Virus record (IMG/VR): IMGVR_UViG_3300020043_000553
Coordinates: 1 to 28,790 of that record
Length of the DNA stretch: 28,790 nucleotides
DNA from: a virus
Lineage: Duplodnaviria; Caudoviricetes
Strand: one strand, 5' to 3'
Below are positions 16,101-21,983 of this stretch, piece after piece. The notes beneath the pieces are model-generated. The model was not told the DNA's origin, searched no databases, and saw only the letters and a list, made by a program, of their open reading frames with translations. The translations under genes and the position numbers were made by a program. Each line of letters begins with the position of its first letter. Within the stretch, counting starts at the first letter, position 1.

Positions 16101-18432
16101 ATACGTCCTGCGTGCCCTTGATGGCTTGGGATGCCGCCTTGATCCCTCTCTTGACCAGCCCACCGCCAGCCAACTCCAGAGCCATGACGTCAGGGTTGTC
16201 GGAGAAATGGACACGGCCACCACGGGCCATGCCTTCTTCGGGTGGTATGTCCAGCCTGCCTCTGCCTTCTTTGAAGCCTTCAACCCAATTCCTTAAAGCC
16301 TCATCCTCTGGAACGCCTGCGTCAATATGGCGCTGCCTTGCAGTTTCCCAGTCGGTATCCATAACACCCATGCGGCCATACTTCTTAGAAGCCTCAGTAA
16401 GCTCTGGCTCGGTGAAGTATTTACCACTGACATTTACCAGCCCAGTGTTCTGCAAATCACCCACGTCAGACCACTTGCCGCTCTTCACAAAGTCCTGCAC
16501 ATATGGCAGGTAGTCTTCCTTCGGTGCGGCGTTGCCCTTACCTTTGATCTGAGTTATTACCTGCGGTAGGGAGGACGCATTTTGTTTCAGCCAATCGCGC
16601 ATCAAATCTTCGCGGATTTCCTGAAACTTTTGATCTCCGTAATAAGACATGCTTTCGTCTGGATTCCATATTTTTGCATCATCAACGGCGCGTATTTTGT
16701 CATATGCAACATCAGTAAGTTCGTCTCGAATGTCTTCCGGCAAATCGTAAAATCTTTGTGGTTTCTGCCGCCCGACCTCAACCGTTGTGTGCGGCTGACC
16801 TTTTGAATCAACCAGCGAGTACACCTTAGCTTTTCCGCTCTTGATGGCCTCCCAGCCGCCATGGCCGTAACCAAGGGAGCCAGCGCCACCAGACCCCTCA
16901 ACCCAGTCAGGGTGGCCCTTGGGTGGCTCGTAGCCACGCACTGAATGACCCATAGCCTCGGACTCGGAAGCAAACGAACCGGGCTTGTTCAACTCAACCC
17001 AGCGGTAGCCCTCGGGGTAATCTTTGTAAACAGGCAAGCCTTCACGGGCTGTTGCCTTAGCCTCAGCCATCTTCTTTGCAAGCTCTTGGTCGTACTCGTA
17101 AGTTCGGCGCACTGCCTGCTCCATGCTGACTTTGCTCAGTTGCTCGGGTCGGATGCGGCCAGAGGTGACGTCTTCTCGCAACACGTCCATGATGTGGTCG
17201 AAGCCAAGGTCACCAGAGAATGGTGAGTACACCGAGGTGTTCGGGTCAACCTTCGCAATCCACGGGTTCTCTTTGTTCATCTTCAAAAAGGATTCCGTCA
17301 TTGGCGAATGGAGCGCCAAGAATTCGGAATTGGCTTGCAGAAAGTCGGTATCACCAACCATGGCGGCTTTCTGGTCAAACGGCAAGCCCTTAACAAGGTT
17401 GGTTGCATCGTTCTCGCTCAAGCCTTTTGAGACAATGTGTTCAAAGACTTTGCTGTCCAGCGCATCTCGCGCACTTGTCATCCGTTCTTTGGCCGCTTCC
17501 AACCTTGCGGCCTGCTCGGGTGCGGCTTGAATATCGCCAGCATTGTAGGGCGCTATGGACTCGTCCGATGCACGCTCCCAAGCCTTAGCCAACGGCGACT
17601 GGCCCAGCCCTTCCTCGGGGAAACCAGCCGCCTTACGCTGGTCCATCAGAGTCCTGTCAGGATATATGCCCTCGTAGTCCGCAAGATTTTGCTTGTGGGT
17701 GATGCCCTCCTCCGCCAGACGACGGACTGGATCTTCAGGCGTTCCCATCTCTTTCTTGATGTAGTTGCCAAGGTTGCGGTCAGCCCAATTGTTCAGGGCG
17801 TCACTTGTTGCCAATCTGCCGGAAGCCGTAAGTTGCTCAACTTGCTCAGGAGTGTAATTGCCAAGATTCTCTGATGAAACCAAACGCCTCAAAGGTTTCA
17901 AATCTCGCTCAACGCTACCCGCAAGCCAGTTGCCGCCCTTCACCTTGATGACGCCAGCCTCGGGGTTCAGGGTGCGTGGAGCAGACAGGTTACGGGCAGC
18001 GGTCTTGAGCGCACTGGGCAGCGCCTTGGCTCCACGGATGACGGAGCCGACGTTTGCAGAGCCACCAGCAATCGTGCCGATGTCAGAGGCGAACCGTCCA
18101 GCCGGGGTGTCAGTGCCGAACGGCAGGCGCTTGAGGATGTCTGCCGAGCCGTAGGGAACTTTGTACAGCTCATTGTCAGTCACCGCCGAGTACACGTCGC
18201 CCGGAAGGTTCAGGAAGTCGGCAGGCATCCCAAAGAAGCCAGCGGCCACACCACGGGACAGATCAACAGGGAAGCTCTTTGCCGCCTCACGGTCTTGCCT
18301 GTCCTCACGGCGCTTGCCAATCATGGGGTAAATACCGAAGGCAGCGCCACCAGTGGGTGACTTTTTGGAATTCTGGAGGTCGTTCTTGACTTGTTCAAGC
18401 GTCAAGGGCTTGTTAGCGCGAGGGTTGGGCAT
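13114..18432 (-). CDS. Large polyvalent protein (PcfJ-like + ADP-ribosyltransferase + HhH-glycosylase-like domains), probably virion-packaged
   Basis: 1772 aa. PcfJ-like ESEAMGHSVRGY...VYSLVD..G.PHTTVEV...ITQIKGKGN (~16490-17060). ART LYHGT...GSGVYLT...A.GY...NP...GYDG...EVVSY.P..VKS..GN.GTYD (~15480-16050). WY...S.GVSP...K...ND...W...QIQEVPW (~14400-14900). Confidence 0.8.
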   Translation of the reverse strand: MPNPRANKPLTLEQVKNDLQNSKKSPTGGAAFGIYPMIGKRREDRQDREAAKSFPVDLSRGVAAGFFGMPADFLNLPGDVYSAVTDNELYKVPYGSADILKRLPFGTDTPAGRFASDIGTIAGGSANVGSVIRGAKALPSALKTAARNLSAPRTLNPEAGVIKVKGGNWLAGSVERDLKPLRRLVSSENLGNYTPEQVEQLTASGRLATSDALNNWADRNLGNYIKKEMGTPEDPVRRLAEEGITHKQNLADYEGIYPDRTLMDQRKAAGFPEEGLGQSPLAKAWERASDESIAPYNAGDIQAAPEQAARLEAAKERMTSARDALDSKVFEHIVSKGLSENDATNLVKGLPFDQKAAMVGDTDFLQANSEFLALHSPMTESFLKMNKENPWIAKVDPNTSVYSPFSGDLGFDHIMDVLREDVTSGRIRPEQLSKVSMEQAVRRTYEYDQELAKKMAEAKATAREGLPVYKDYPEGYRWVELNKPGSFASESEAMGHSVRGYEPPKGHPDWVEGSGGAGSLGYGHGGWEAIKSGKAKVYSLVDSKGQPHTTVEVGRQKPQRFYDLPEDIRDELTDVAYDKIRAVDDAKIWNPDESMSYYGDQKFQEIREDLMRDWLKQNASSLPQVITQIKGKGNAAPKEDYLPYVQDFVKSGKWSDVGDLQNTGLVNVSGKYFTEPELTEASKKYGRMGVMDTDWETARQRHIDAGVPEDEALRNWVEGFKEGRGRLDIPPEEGMARGGRVHFSDNPDVMALELAGGGLVKRGIKAASQAIKGTQDVLPAAEREANKAKFLEGSKTPMRLYHGTTATEGGKGQEAIRRIKPSKDGALGSGVYLTPNSAHASGYSGIPNDEALAVMASDPYAKRMADQFMADRASGTLRKGQEGGNMLPVTARLRNPLILEGKGDPMIEALVKLGMDENSASKMVERAYEQKGYIGKQVQQRAQAAGYDGLMQYRDGELSEVVSYNPNAVKSDIGNRGTYDMNDPDLNKAKGGSVHFSNNPDVMMLELARGGAVRMQSGGSPSKRAIGAGAKAIKALKDAFAPKGVDPIIVRTPEEQAVIDKFGQKQQQEAERQKKVEKAAKESAGRSPEESAKPTKSTGKRVAVPPDVYRKMAEEQGDEAVLRAARAGKHLKPAGKGFIGAPRTVKGKRGLNTMRSEIDQDFIDSVDAVRLADPQRLGTWYDRAKQGIAESVEPYQLPRTLEQHGVYSAGVSPESELTFALKHLNSRVAGDPKMAYRGAGMENLDEAVAENRPASMGFKIGEYAEKNDPRVPNAGLFGVNDFRRAQGMGYTDPEGNPWKAGVSDTMHPFMDAETALQVDRANAAGTGGRTDWAGPQIQEVPWVYGKAQDQYGRGKGGGRYAGDELEGIKQSLVDANNTARDYMYKHTASATHEAIPGAGLNHVPQALDMTPEEKLAYGQTGRWDLPSPEAALNEFPEVGAGNRDILYGAAGYRQLPSREAEGLYVNSLGGVENNPMTIARPLMDFPTGGGGLMAPDSRATMDFIEHFRPFMDAQEAGAYNLPNTMNAVQGKNSMLLDTRGLSSDPLADPTAGVLPTAKQLGEINSALSEASGAAKKEAKELREKLPFGPPTKANVNKLQGLEDAASGYGVTSTNRGALVFPYNAETSSAGIKDLMKRAGPAIENVFPGAKQERSLSTMGYQPGIGKRSPEGPLPTAPFSGEATADLLRHASELPQSVLENLSESEWIRNQIREKALRDAKMGGTRKDIQESRRFFSEADWPKAVAMIRKGMTPAAALAALGYNINAMAAEEQ
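15395..16227 (-). repeat. ~73-bp imperfect direct repeats flanking the ART domain
   Basis: Copies start at 15395 and 16154 (759 nt apart). Both encode A[RK]GG[RS]VHFS[DN]NPDVM[AM]LELA[GR]GG[LA]V. Confidence 0.85.
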
Positions 18433-18489
18433 TTCGACCTCGGAAGTAAATTTGCTGAATCATACCTTTCCTTGCGCCCGTCGCATAGA

Positions 18490-18567
18490 GGCTACTCGCT
18501 GCGTCCGTATATCCTCGCTGTCAGTTGTTGCCCGAGTCAGCATTCCAGTTCGGCATCCGCTTTCACC
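18490..18567 (-). ncRNA. Candidate structured RNA with loop-E-type internal loop
   Basis: Intergenic minus strand GGT-GAAA-GC-GGA-TGC-CG ... CG-GAC-GCA-GC-GAGTA-GCC, with apical GCTG/CAGC and TCGG/CTGA helices. Confidence 0.4.
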
Positions 18568-18580
18568 AGAAACAATGCTA

Positions 18581-19999
18581 TCACACGGCATACGGGTTCT
18601 CAACCTTCTTGCTGTACTCAAGGTAGTCGTCGTCGTCATAGTCATCTCGGGGCGGCGGGTCAATGTTCAGCCAGCCAGCATCCCGCAGGAAGCGCAGGGC
18701 TTGGGTGCAGGCATCCACAAAGTCGTCGTGGGTGGACTCGGGGAAGGAGCAGATCTGGCTCACAAAACCCTCAGCCCAGTCCCGGACGTAGCCCTTGTTC
18801 ACCGTGGACTCGGGTATCCACACCCGTCCAGCCATGATGATGTTGGACACGATAGACAGGCGCTGGACCTTGTCAGCCCTGCCGGGGTTGTACGCCCTGA
18901 CCGGCAGGTGGGCACGCTGTAAGTCTTGTATAAGGGAAATCCCTGATGACTTGTCTTCCACCAGAATCAGGTCAACGCGCTTCTTCTCCTTGCCGTCACC
19001 GAACACGGCATCGTACTCTTCGATCACCTTGGGGCGAAGGTCGGGGTACTGGAGCCTGTCTTGCCAGCAGTCGATCACGAGCACCGACATGGGTCCGTCC
19101 GTGGGCTTGAACACCCCGAAGGTGATGCAGGCCGTCGGGTCGTTGACCGTCTTGTCCGTGTAGGCGCAGTCGTAGCTCTGGACGATGTACTCGAACTTGG
19201 GCAGCTCTTTCTTTGGGGGCCAGAGCTTGAACCAGTCGCGCTTGATCATGCCGCCCTCTTCAGGGTCAATGATCTCGGCATAGATCTCCTGCCTGCCCAG
19301 CTTTGTACCCTCGTACTGGAGGATCTGCTTTTGAAAGCTTGGCGCAAGGTTGTTGAGGTTTGAGTAGGTCGAGGCGGTGGTCAGCGCCACGTCATCCCCC
19401 TCCCGTCCAACCAGCTCGACGATCAAGTCCTTGGGCTTGGGGGTGGTGGTGCAAAGGATGCGGGTCTTCTTGCCCAGCCGCACGCCGAACATGATCTGGT
19501 CCCACGCCTCTTGCAGATACTCCCATGCGGCCAACTCGTCGCACCATGCCCCGTGGAACTGTGGACCCCGGAACCGCTCAGGCTCGGATGCGGGTATACC
19601 CTTAATCAGGGAGCCGTTGATCAGGCGTAGCTCGTGGGCGGTCTTGTTGTAGTCGGCCACCAGAATGGGCGGGATGACAGCCAGTAGGCCTGAGTCACCC
19701 TCAAAGCAGGTTGCCCTTACGTCGGCTGAGGTGGGGGCGGCAACGAGCCATCGAGTGCCGGGTTGCTCCCATGCCCACCATCCGATCTGCTCGGCGGCTG
19801 TACGGGTCTTTCCGGCCCCGCGACCAGCCAGCAAGAGCCAGACCGTCCACCAGTCGCCTGCTGGGAGGATCTGGTGCTTGTGCGCGGCTGTGAGCCACTT
19901 TGCCCTCCAGTCGAAGGCGGCTCGGAACTCAGGAGGCAGCAGGGCATAGTTTCGCCTGACCTCATCATCCTGTAAGACATCTGTAAGCTCAACTGACAT
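18581..19999 (-). CDS. terL: Terminase large subunit
   Basis: Walker A AGRGAGKT, Walker B AWCDE, coupling motif TTTP, RNase H-like nuclease motifs QSYD, VEDK and HDDFVDA. Confidence 0.95.
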   Translation of the reverse strand: MSVELTDVLQDDEVRRNYALLPPEFRAAFDWRAKWLTAAHKHQILPAGDWWTVWLLLAGRGAGKTRTAAEQIGWWAWEQPGTRWLVAAPTSADVRATCFEGDSGLLAVIPPILVADYNKTAHELRLINGSLIKGIPASEPERFRGPQFHGAWCDELAAWEYLQEAWDQIMFGVRLGKKTRILCTTTPKPKDLIVELVGREGDDVALTTASTYSNLNNLAPSFQKQILQYEGTKLGRQEIYAEIIDPEEGGMIKRDWFKLWPPKKELPKFEYIVQSYDCAYTDKTVNDPTACITFGVFKPTDGPMSVLVIDCWQDRLQYPDLRPKVIEEYDAVFGDGKEKKRVDLILVEDKSSGISLIQDLQRAHLPVRAYNPGRADKVQRLSIVSNIIMAGRVWIPESTVNKGYVRDWAEGFVSQICSFPESTHDDFVDACTQALRFLRDAGWLNIDPPPRDDYDDDDYLEYSKKVENPYAV

Positions 20000-20666
20000 T
20001 GGACTCTGCTTGGCGCTTGAGTTCCACCGCCTTCAGGATGGTGTCGAATATGCCCAGATCGACTTTAGTCTCCAGCGGGTTCTCGGGGTCGCCAGCCACC
20101 TGCATCCGGTCGCCGTACTTCTTGGGGTTGAACTTCGCCAGCAGCTTCAGGCGGGTCTCGATCTGGAGCTTCCTGTGCCCGAGCATGTCCTCCTCGACCA
20201 CGGTCATGGAGTCCTCGTCATCGTCCGATCCGCTATTGAAGGTCTTCTTGGTCCCCAGCTTGGGAGTGTCGGCAATGATCAGGCATTCCTCGGCCATGGC
20301 GTCATATCCAATTTCACGCGCCCGTGCGATGGCTGAAGAAAGACCGACGCCCTTCTCTCCCAAAGCATCGTCAGCGTACATCCAGTTGTAGACGGTTCGC
20401 CATATCGGCATCCCCTCCATCCTGCATATCTCCCTTAGGGGTACTCCGTCACTCAGTAGCTCACAGATCTTTGTGGCTACGTCTGGGTTGTAGGTGGAGG
20501 GTCGTCCTGTTTTCTTCTTCTCTTCTTTTGCGGAGAGGTGTTCGGGTTTACCCTTAGTAGCCTGTTCCTGAAGGATTTGAGCGATAGAAGGCATCGGGGG
20601 TGTGTCTACCCCTTTTTTTGCGGATTCGGGGGCTTGTGCGCCCGATTTGGTCTGTTTGCGTGGCAT
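19989..20666 (-). CDS. terS: Terminase small subunit (Sf6 gp1-like)
   Basis: GRPSTY...ICELL..G..LREICR...TVYNW HTH, ARARE, IIAD and KLQIETRLKLLAKFNPKKYGD. Overlaps the terL start. Confidence 0.88.
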   Translation of the reverse strand: MPRKQTKSGAQAPESAKKGVDTPPMPSIAQILQEQATKGKPEHLSAKEEKKKTGRPSTYNPDVATKICELLSDGVPLREICRMEGMPIWRTVYNWMYADDALGEKGVGLSSAIARAREIGYDAMAEECLIIADTPKLGTKKTFNSGSDDDEDSMTVVEEDMLGHRKLQIETRLKLLAKFNPKKYGDRMQVAGDPENPLETKVDLGIFDTILKAVELKRQAESNVS

Positions 20667-20696
20667 CCCGTACTTTCAGAGACTGTTGATGCCCGA

Positions 20697-20726
20697 AGTT
20701 TACCCTGTTGTTCAAGTTCAGGGCAA
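20697..20726 (-). promoter_or_regulatory. Possible promoter for terS
   Basis: Minus strand TTGCCC-N18-TAAACT immediately after the tRNA CCA end. Confidence 0.3.
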
Positions 20727-20729
20727 ATC

Positions 20730-20808
20730 TGGTAGCGGGAGCAGGATTCGCACCTGCGATCTCCAGCGTATGAAACTGGCAAGGACGGCTTGGCTCCTCT
20801 ATCCCGCA
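20730..20808 (-). tRNA. Atypical tRNA with CAT anticodon (initiator-Met-like)
   Basis: Full cloverleaf of 79 nt: acceptor TGCGGGA/TCCCGCT + ACCA, D stem GAGG/CCTT, anticodon arm CCAGT-TTCATAC-GCTGG, T arm GCAGG-TGCGAAT-CCTGC. Confidence 0.8.
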
Positions 20809-20815
20809 ATATGGT

Positions 20816-20894
20816 TGATGGTGGCTCACATGAAGCAGTGTGGCTCAACAAACCGAAAGGTTCACAACGGCGCTAACCCGTTGGACCACCATCA
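20816..20894 (-). ncRNA. Candidate multibranch structured RNA (element B)
   Basis: Perfect 9-bp closing stem TGATGGTGG/CCACCATCA enclosing CAACGG-GTTAGCG-CCGTTG, AACC-TTTC-GGTT and CACA-CTGCTTCA-TGTG. Strand inferred from context. Confidence 0.55.
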
Positions 20895-20980
20895 CGGCTG
20901 AGGACTGGCGGGGATCGAACCCACTGCTTTTGAGCATGAACGGCGAATCTCGCGCCGACCTTCCTCAATCCCCATGCGTG
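20893..20980 (-). ncRNA. Candidate tRNA-like RNA lacking a D arm (element A)
   Basis: GGGGATTG/CAGTCCTC closing stem, CGGCG-N7-CGCCG arm, TGCT-CAAA-AGCA arm and GTGGG-TTCGATC-CCCGC T arm. Outer CACG/CGTG stem beyond a CA/GC internal loop. Confidence 0.55.
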
Positions 20981-20983
20981 ACG

Positions 20984-21003
20984 GCCCCCGGCTCACCGGG
21001 GAC
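20984..21003 (-). other. GC-rich hairpin at 5' edge of ncRNA cluster
   Basis: GTCCCCGG-TGAG-CCGGGGGC right after the stop of the 102-aa gene, with no U-tract. Confidence 0.5.
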
Positions 21004-21009
21004 TGTCTG

Positions 21010-21318
21010 TCAGAAATTGTAGTCGTAGTAGCGAACAGGCTCGTTGGTCAGGTTGAACCTGCGGCCATGCTTGTCCTTCCAGCCCTGCTTGCCCAAACGG
21101 ATACGGACCACTGGGTTCTCGGGGTTGCTCTTGATGTTCCACTTCTGCTCTTGCTGATTAGAGCAGCGGCCTGCAAAGCCGCCAACGTGCCAGTTGGGAA
21201 CCCAGCTTGGGTCCTTCTCGGAGTCCATCTCGCGGATTTCGATGGTCTGGTTACTGATGCGCTTGACGACCTCGTAGGGGTTGACGTCAGAGTAGCCGTA
21301 GTGGTTTGCGAAGTTCAT
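21010..21318 (-). CDS. Hypothetical phage protein, 102 aa
   Basis: ATGA-coupled ORF with YSDVNPYEVV...YYDYNF. Confidence 0.75.
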   Translation of the reverse strand: MNFANHYGYSDVNPYEVVKRISNQTIEIREMDSEKDPSWVPNWHVGGFAGRCSNQQEQKWNIKSNPENPVVRIRLGKQGWKDKHGRRFNLTNEPVRYYDYNF

Positions 21319-21521
21319 GCTGTCACCTTTGAGAGTTTGAGTTGGCGCTCACGCAGCGCGTCAATTTCAGCCCACAACTTGACGTAATAAGGGTCGTCGG
21401 TGGGCATGTCTTTGCGCAGGGCCAGCGTGTCATGGCAGTCGAACAGGGCGCGACGGCATGTGTAGAAGTCGTAGCCCTTGACCTTGTTGGTGAAAACCTC
21501 GTGCCATTGACCGTAGTTCAT
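21315..21521 (-). CDS. Hypothetical protein, 68 aa
   Basis: ATGA overlaps at both ends. Confidence 0.7.
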   Translation of the reverse strand: MNYGQWHEVFTNKVKGYDFYTCRRALFDCHDTLALRKDMPTDDPYYVKLWAEIDALRERQLKLSKVTA

Positions 21522-21646
21522 TCTGCTGCCTCGCTGTCTTCTGTTGCTTCTTCTGCGGCCACTTGGGCCTCGTACTCTGCTTGGGCCTTGGCGACTAAAC
21601 GCTGGATGTCCAGCGCGACCAATCGATTGAATTCTGCTTGTGTCAT
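21518..21646 (-). CDS. Small acidic helical protein, 42 aa (not in ORF track)
   Basis: MTQAEFNRLVALDIQRLVAKAQAEYEAQVAAEEATEDSEAAE. GAGGAG RBS, ATGA overlap with the next gene. Confidence 0.65.
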   Translation of the reverse strand: MTQAEFNRLVALDIQRLVAKAQAEYEAQVAAEEATEDSEAAE

Positions 21647-21656
21647 GGTGCGCTCC

Positions 21657-21905
21657 TCAGTTGAAGTATTCAGCAATCTCAGACTCGATGCGGGACTCTT
21701 CCCGGCTGGTCAGCTTCTTCGCCAACCAAGGGGCTGGACGGCCACGGCGGTCGCACACCTCCCAGCAGCAGTCGGTGTAGCCGTAGTAGTCCATGTCGCT
21801 GGCTGCGTTGTAGCTGTACGAGCCATCAGTGCCGCTGTACTCGGTCACGCCAATGATGCAGGGGATGCCTGCAACGCGAGTCTCAATTTCTGCTATGTAG
21901 TTCAT
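21657..21905 (-). CDS. Hypothetical protein, 82 aa
   Basis: Start reassigned to MNYIAEIETRVAGIPC, directly after leader copy 1. Confidence 0.75.
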   Translation of the reverse strand: MNYIAEIETRVAGIPCIIGVTEYSGTDGSYSYNAASDMDYYGYTDCCWEVCDRRGRPAPWLAKKLTSREESRIESEIAEYFN

Positions 21906-21910
21906 GGTGT

Positions 21911-21975
21911 GTCTTTCAGTTACCCAGCTCGTTTTGCTGTAAATGTATTTGAACAGAAAATTCAAGAGTGTGCAA
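21911..21975 (-). promoter_or_regulatory. Repeated leader copy 1 (promoter-like + 17-bp palindrome + hairpin)
   Basis: Minus strand TTGCACACTC-TTGAATTTTCTGTTCAA-ATACATTTA-CAGC-AAAACGA-GCTG-GGTAACTGAAAG. Palindrome at 21949-21965. Confidence 0.75.
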
Positions 21976-21983
21976 GTAGTTGA

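Noticed and set aside
15235-16513. Long plus-strand ORFs (353 aa, 195 aa) within the giant gene
   Set aside because: Antisense frames typical of GC-rich coding DNA, with no RBS or recognisable motifs.
20667-20729. Possible HDV-like (theta) ribozyme after the tRNA 3' end
   Set aside because: Only a simple TTTGCCCTG/CAGGGTAAA hairpin is visible, with no nested double pseudoknot. The region reads better as a promoter.
20893-20980. Element A as a tmRNA gene
   Set aside because: Far too short, with no tag reading frame, pseudoknots or CCA end. Kept only as a tRNA-like candidate.
21949-21965. Palindrome as a host LexA or CtrA box
   Set aside because: Does not fit CTGT-N8-ACAG, GAAC-N4-GTTC, GTTC-N7-GTTC or TTAA-N7-TTAA.
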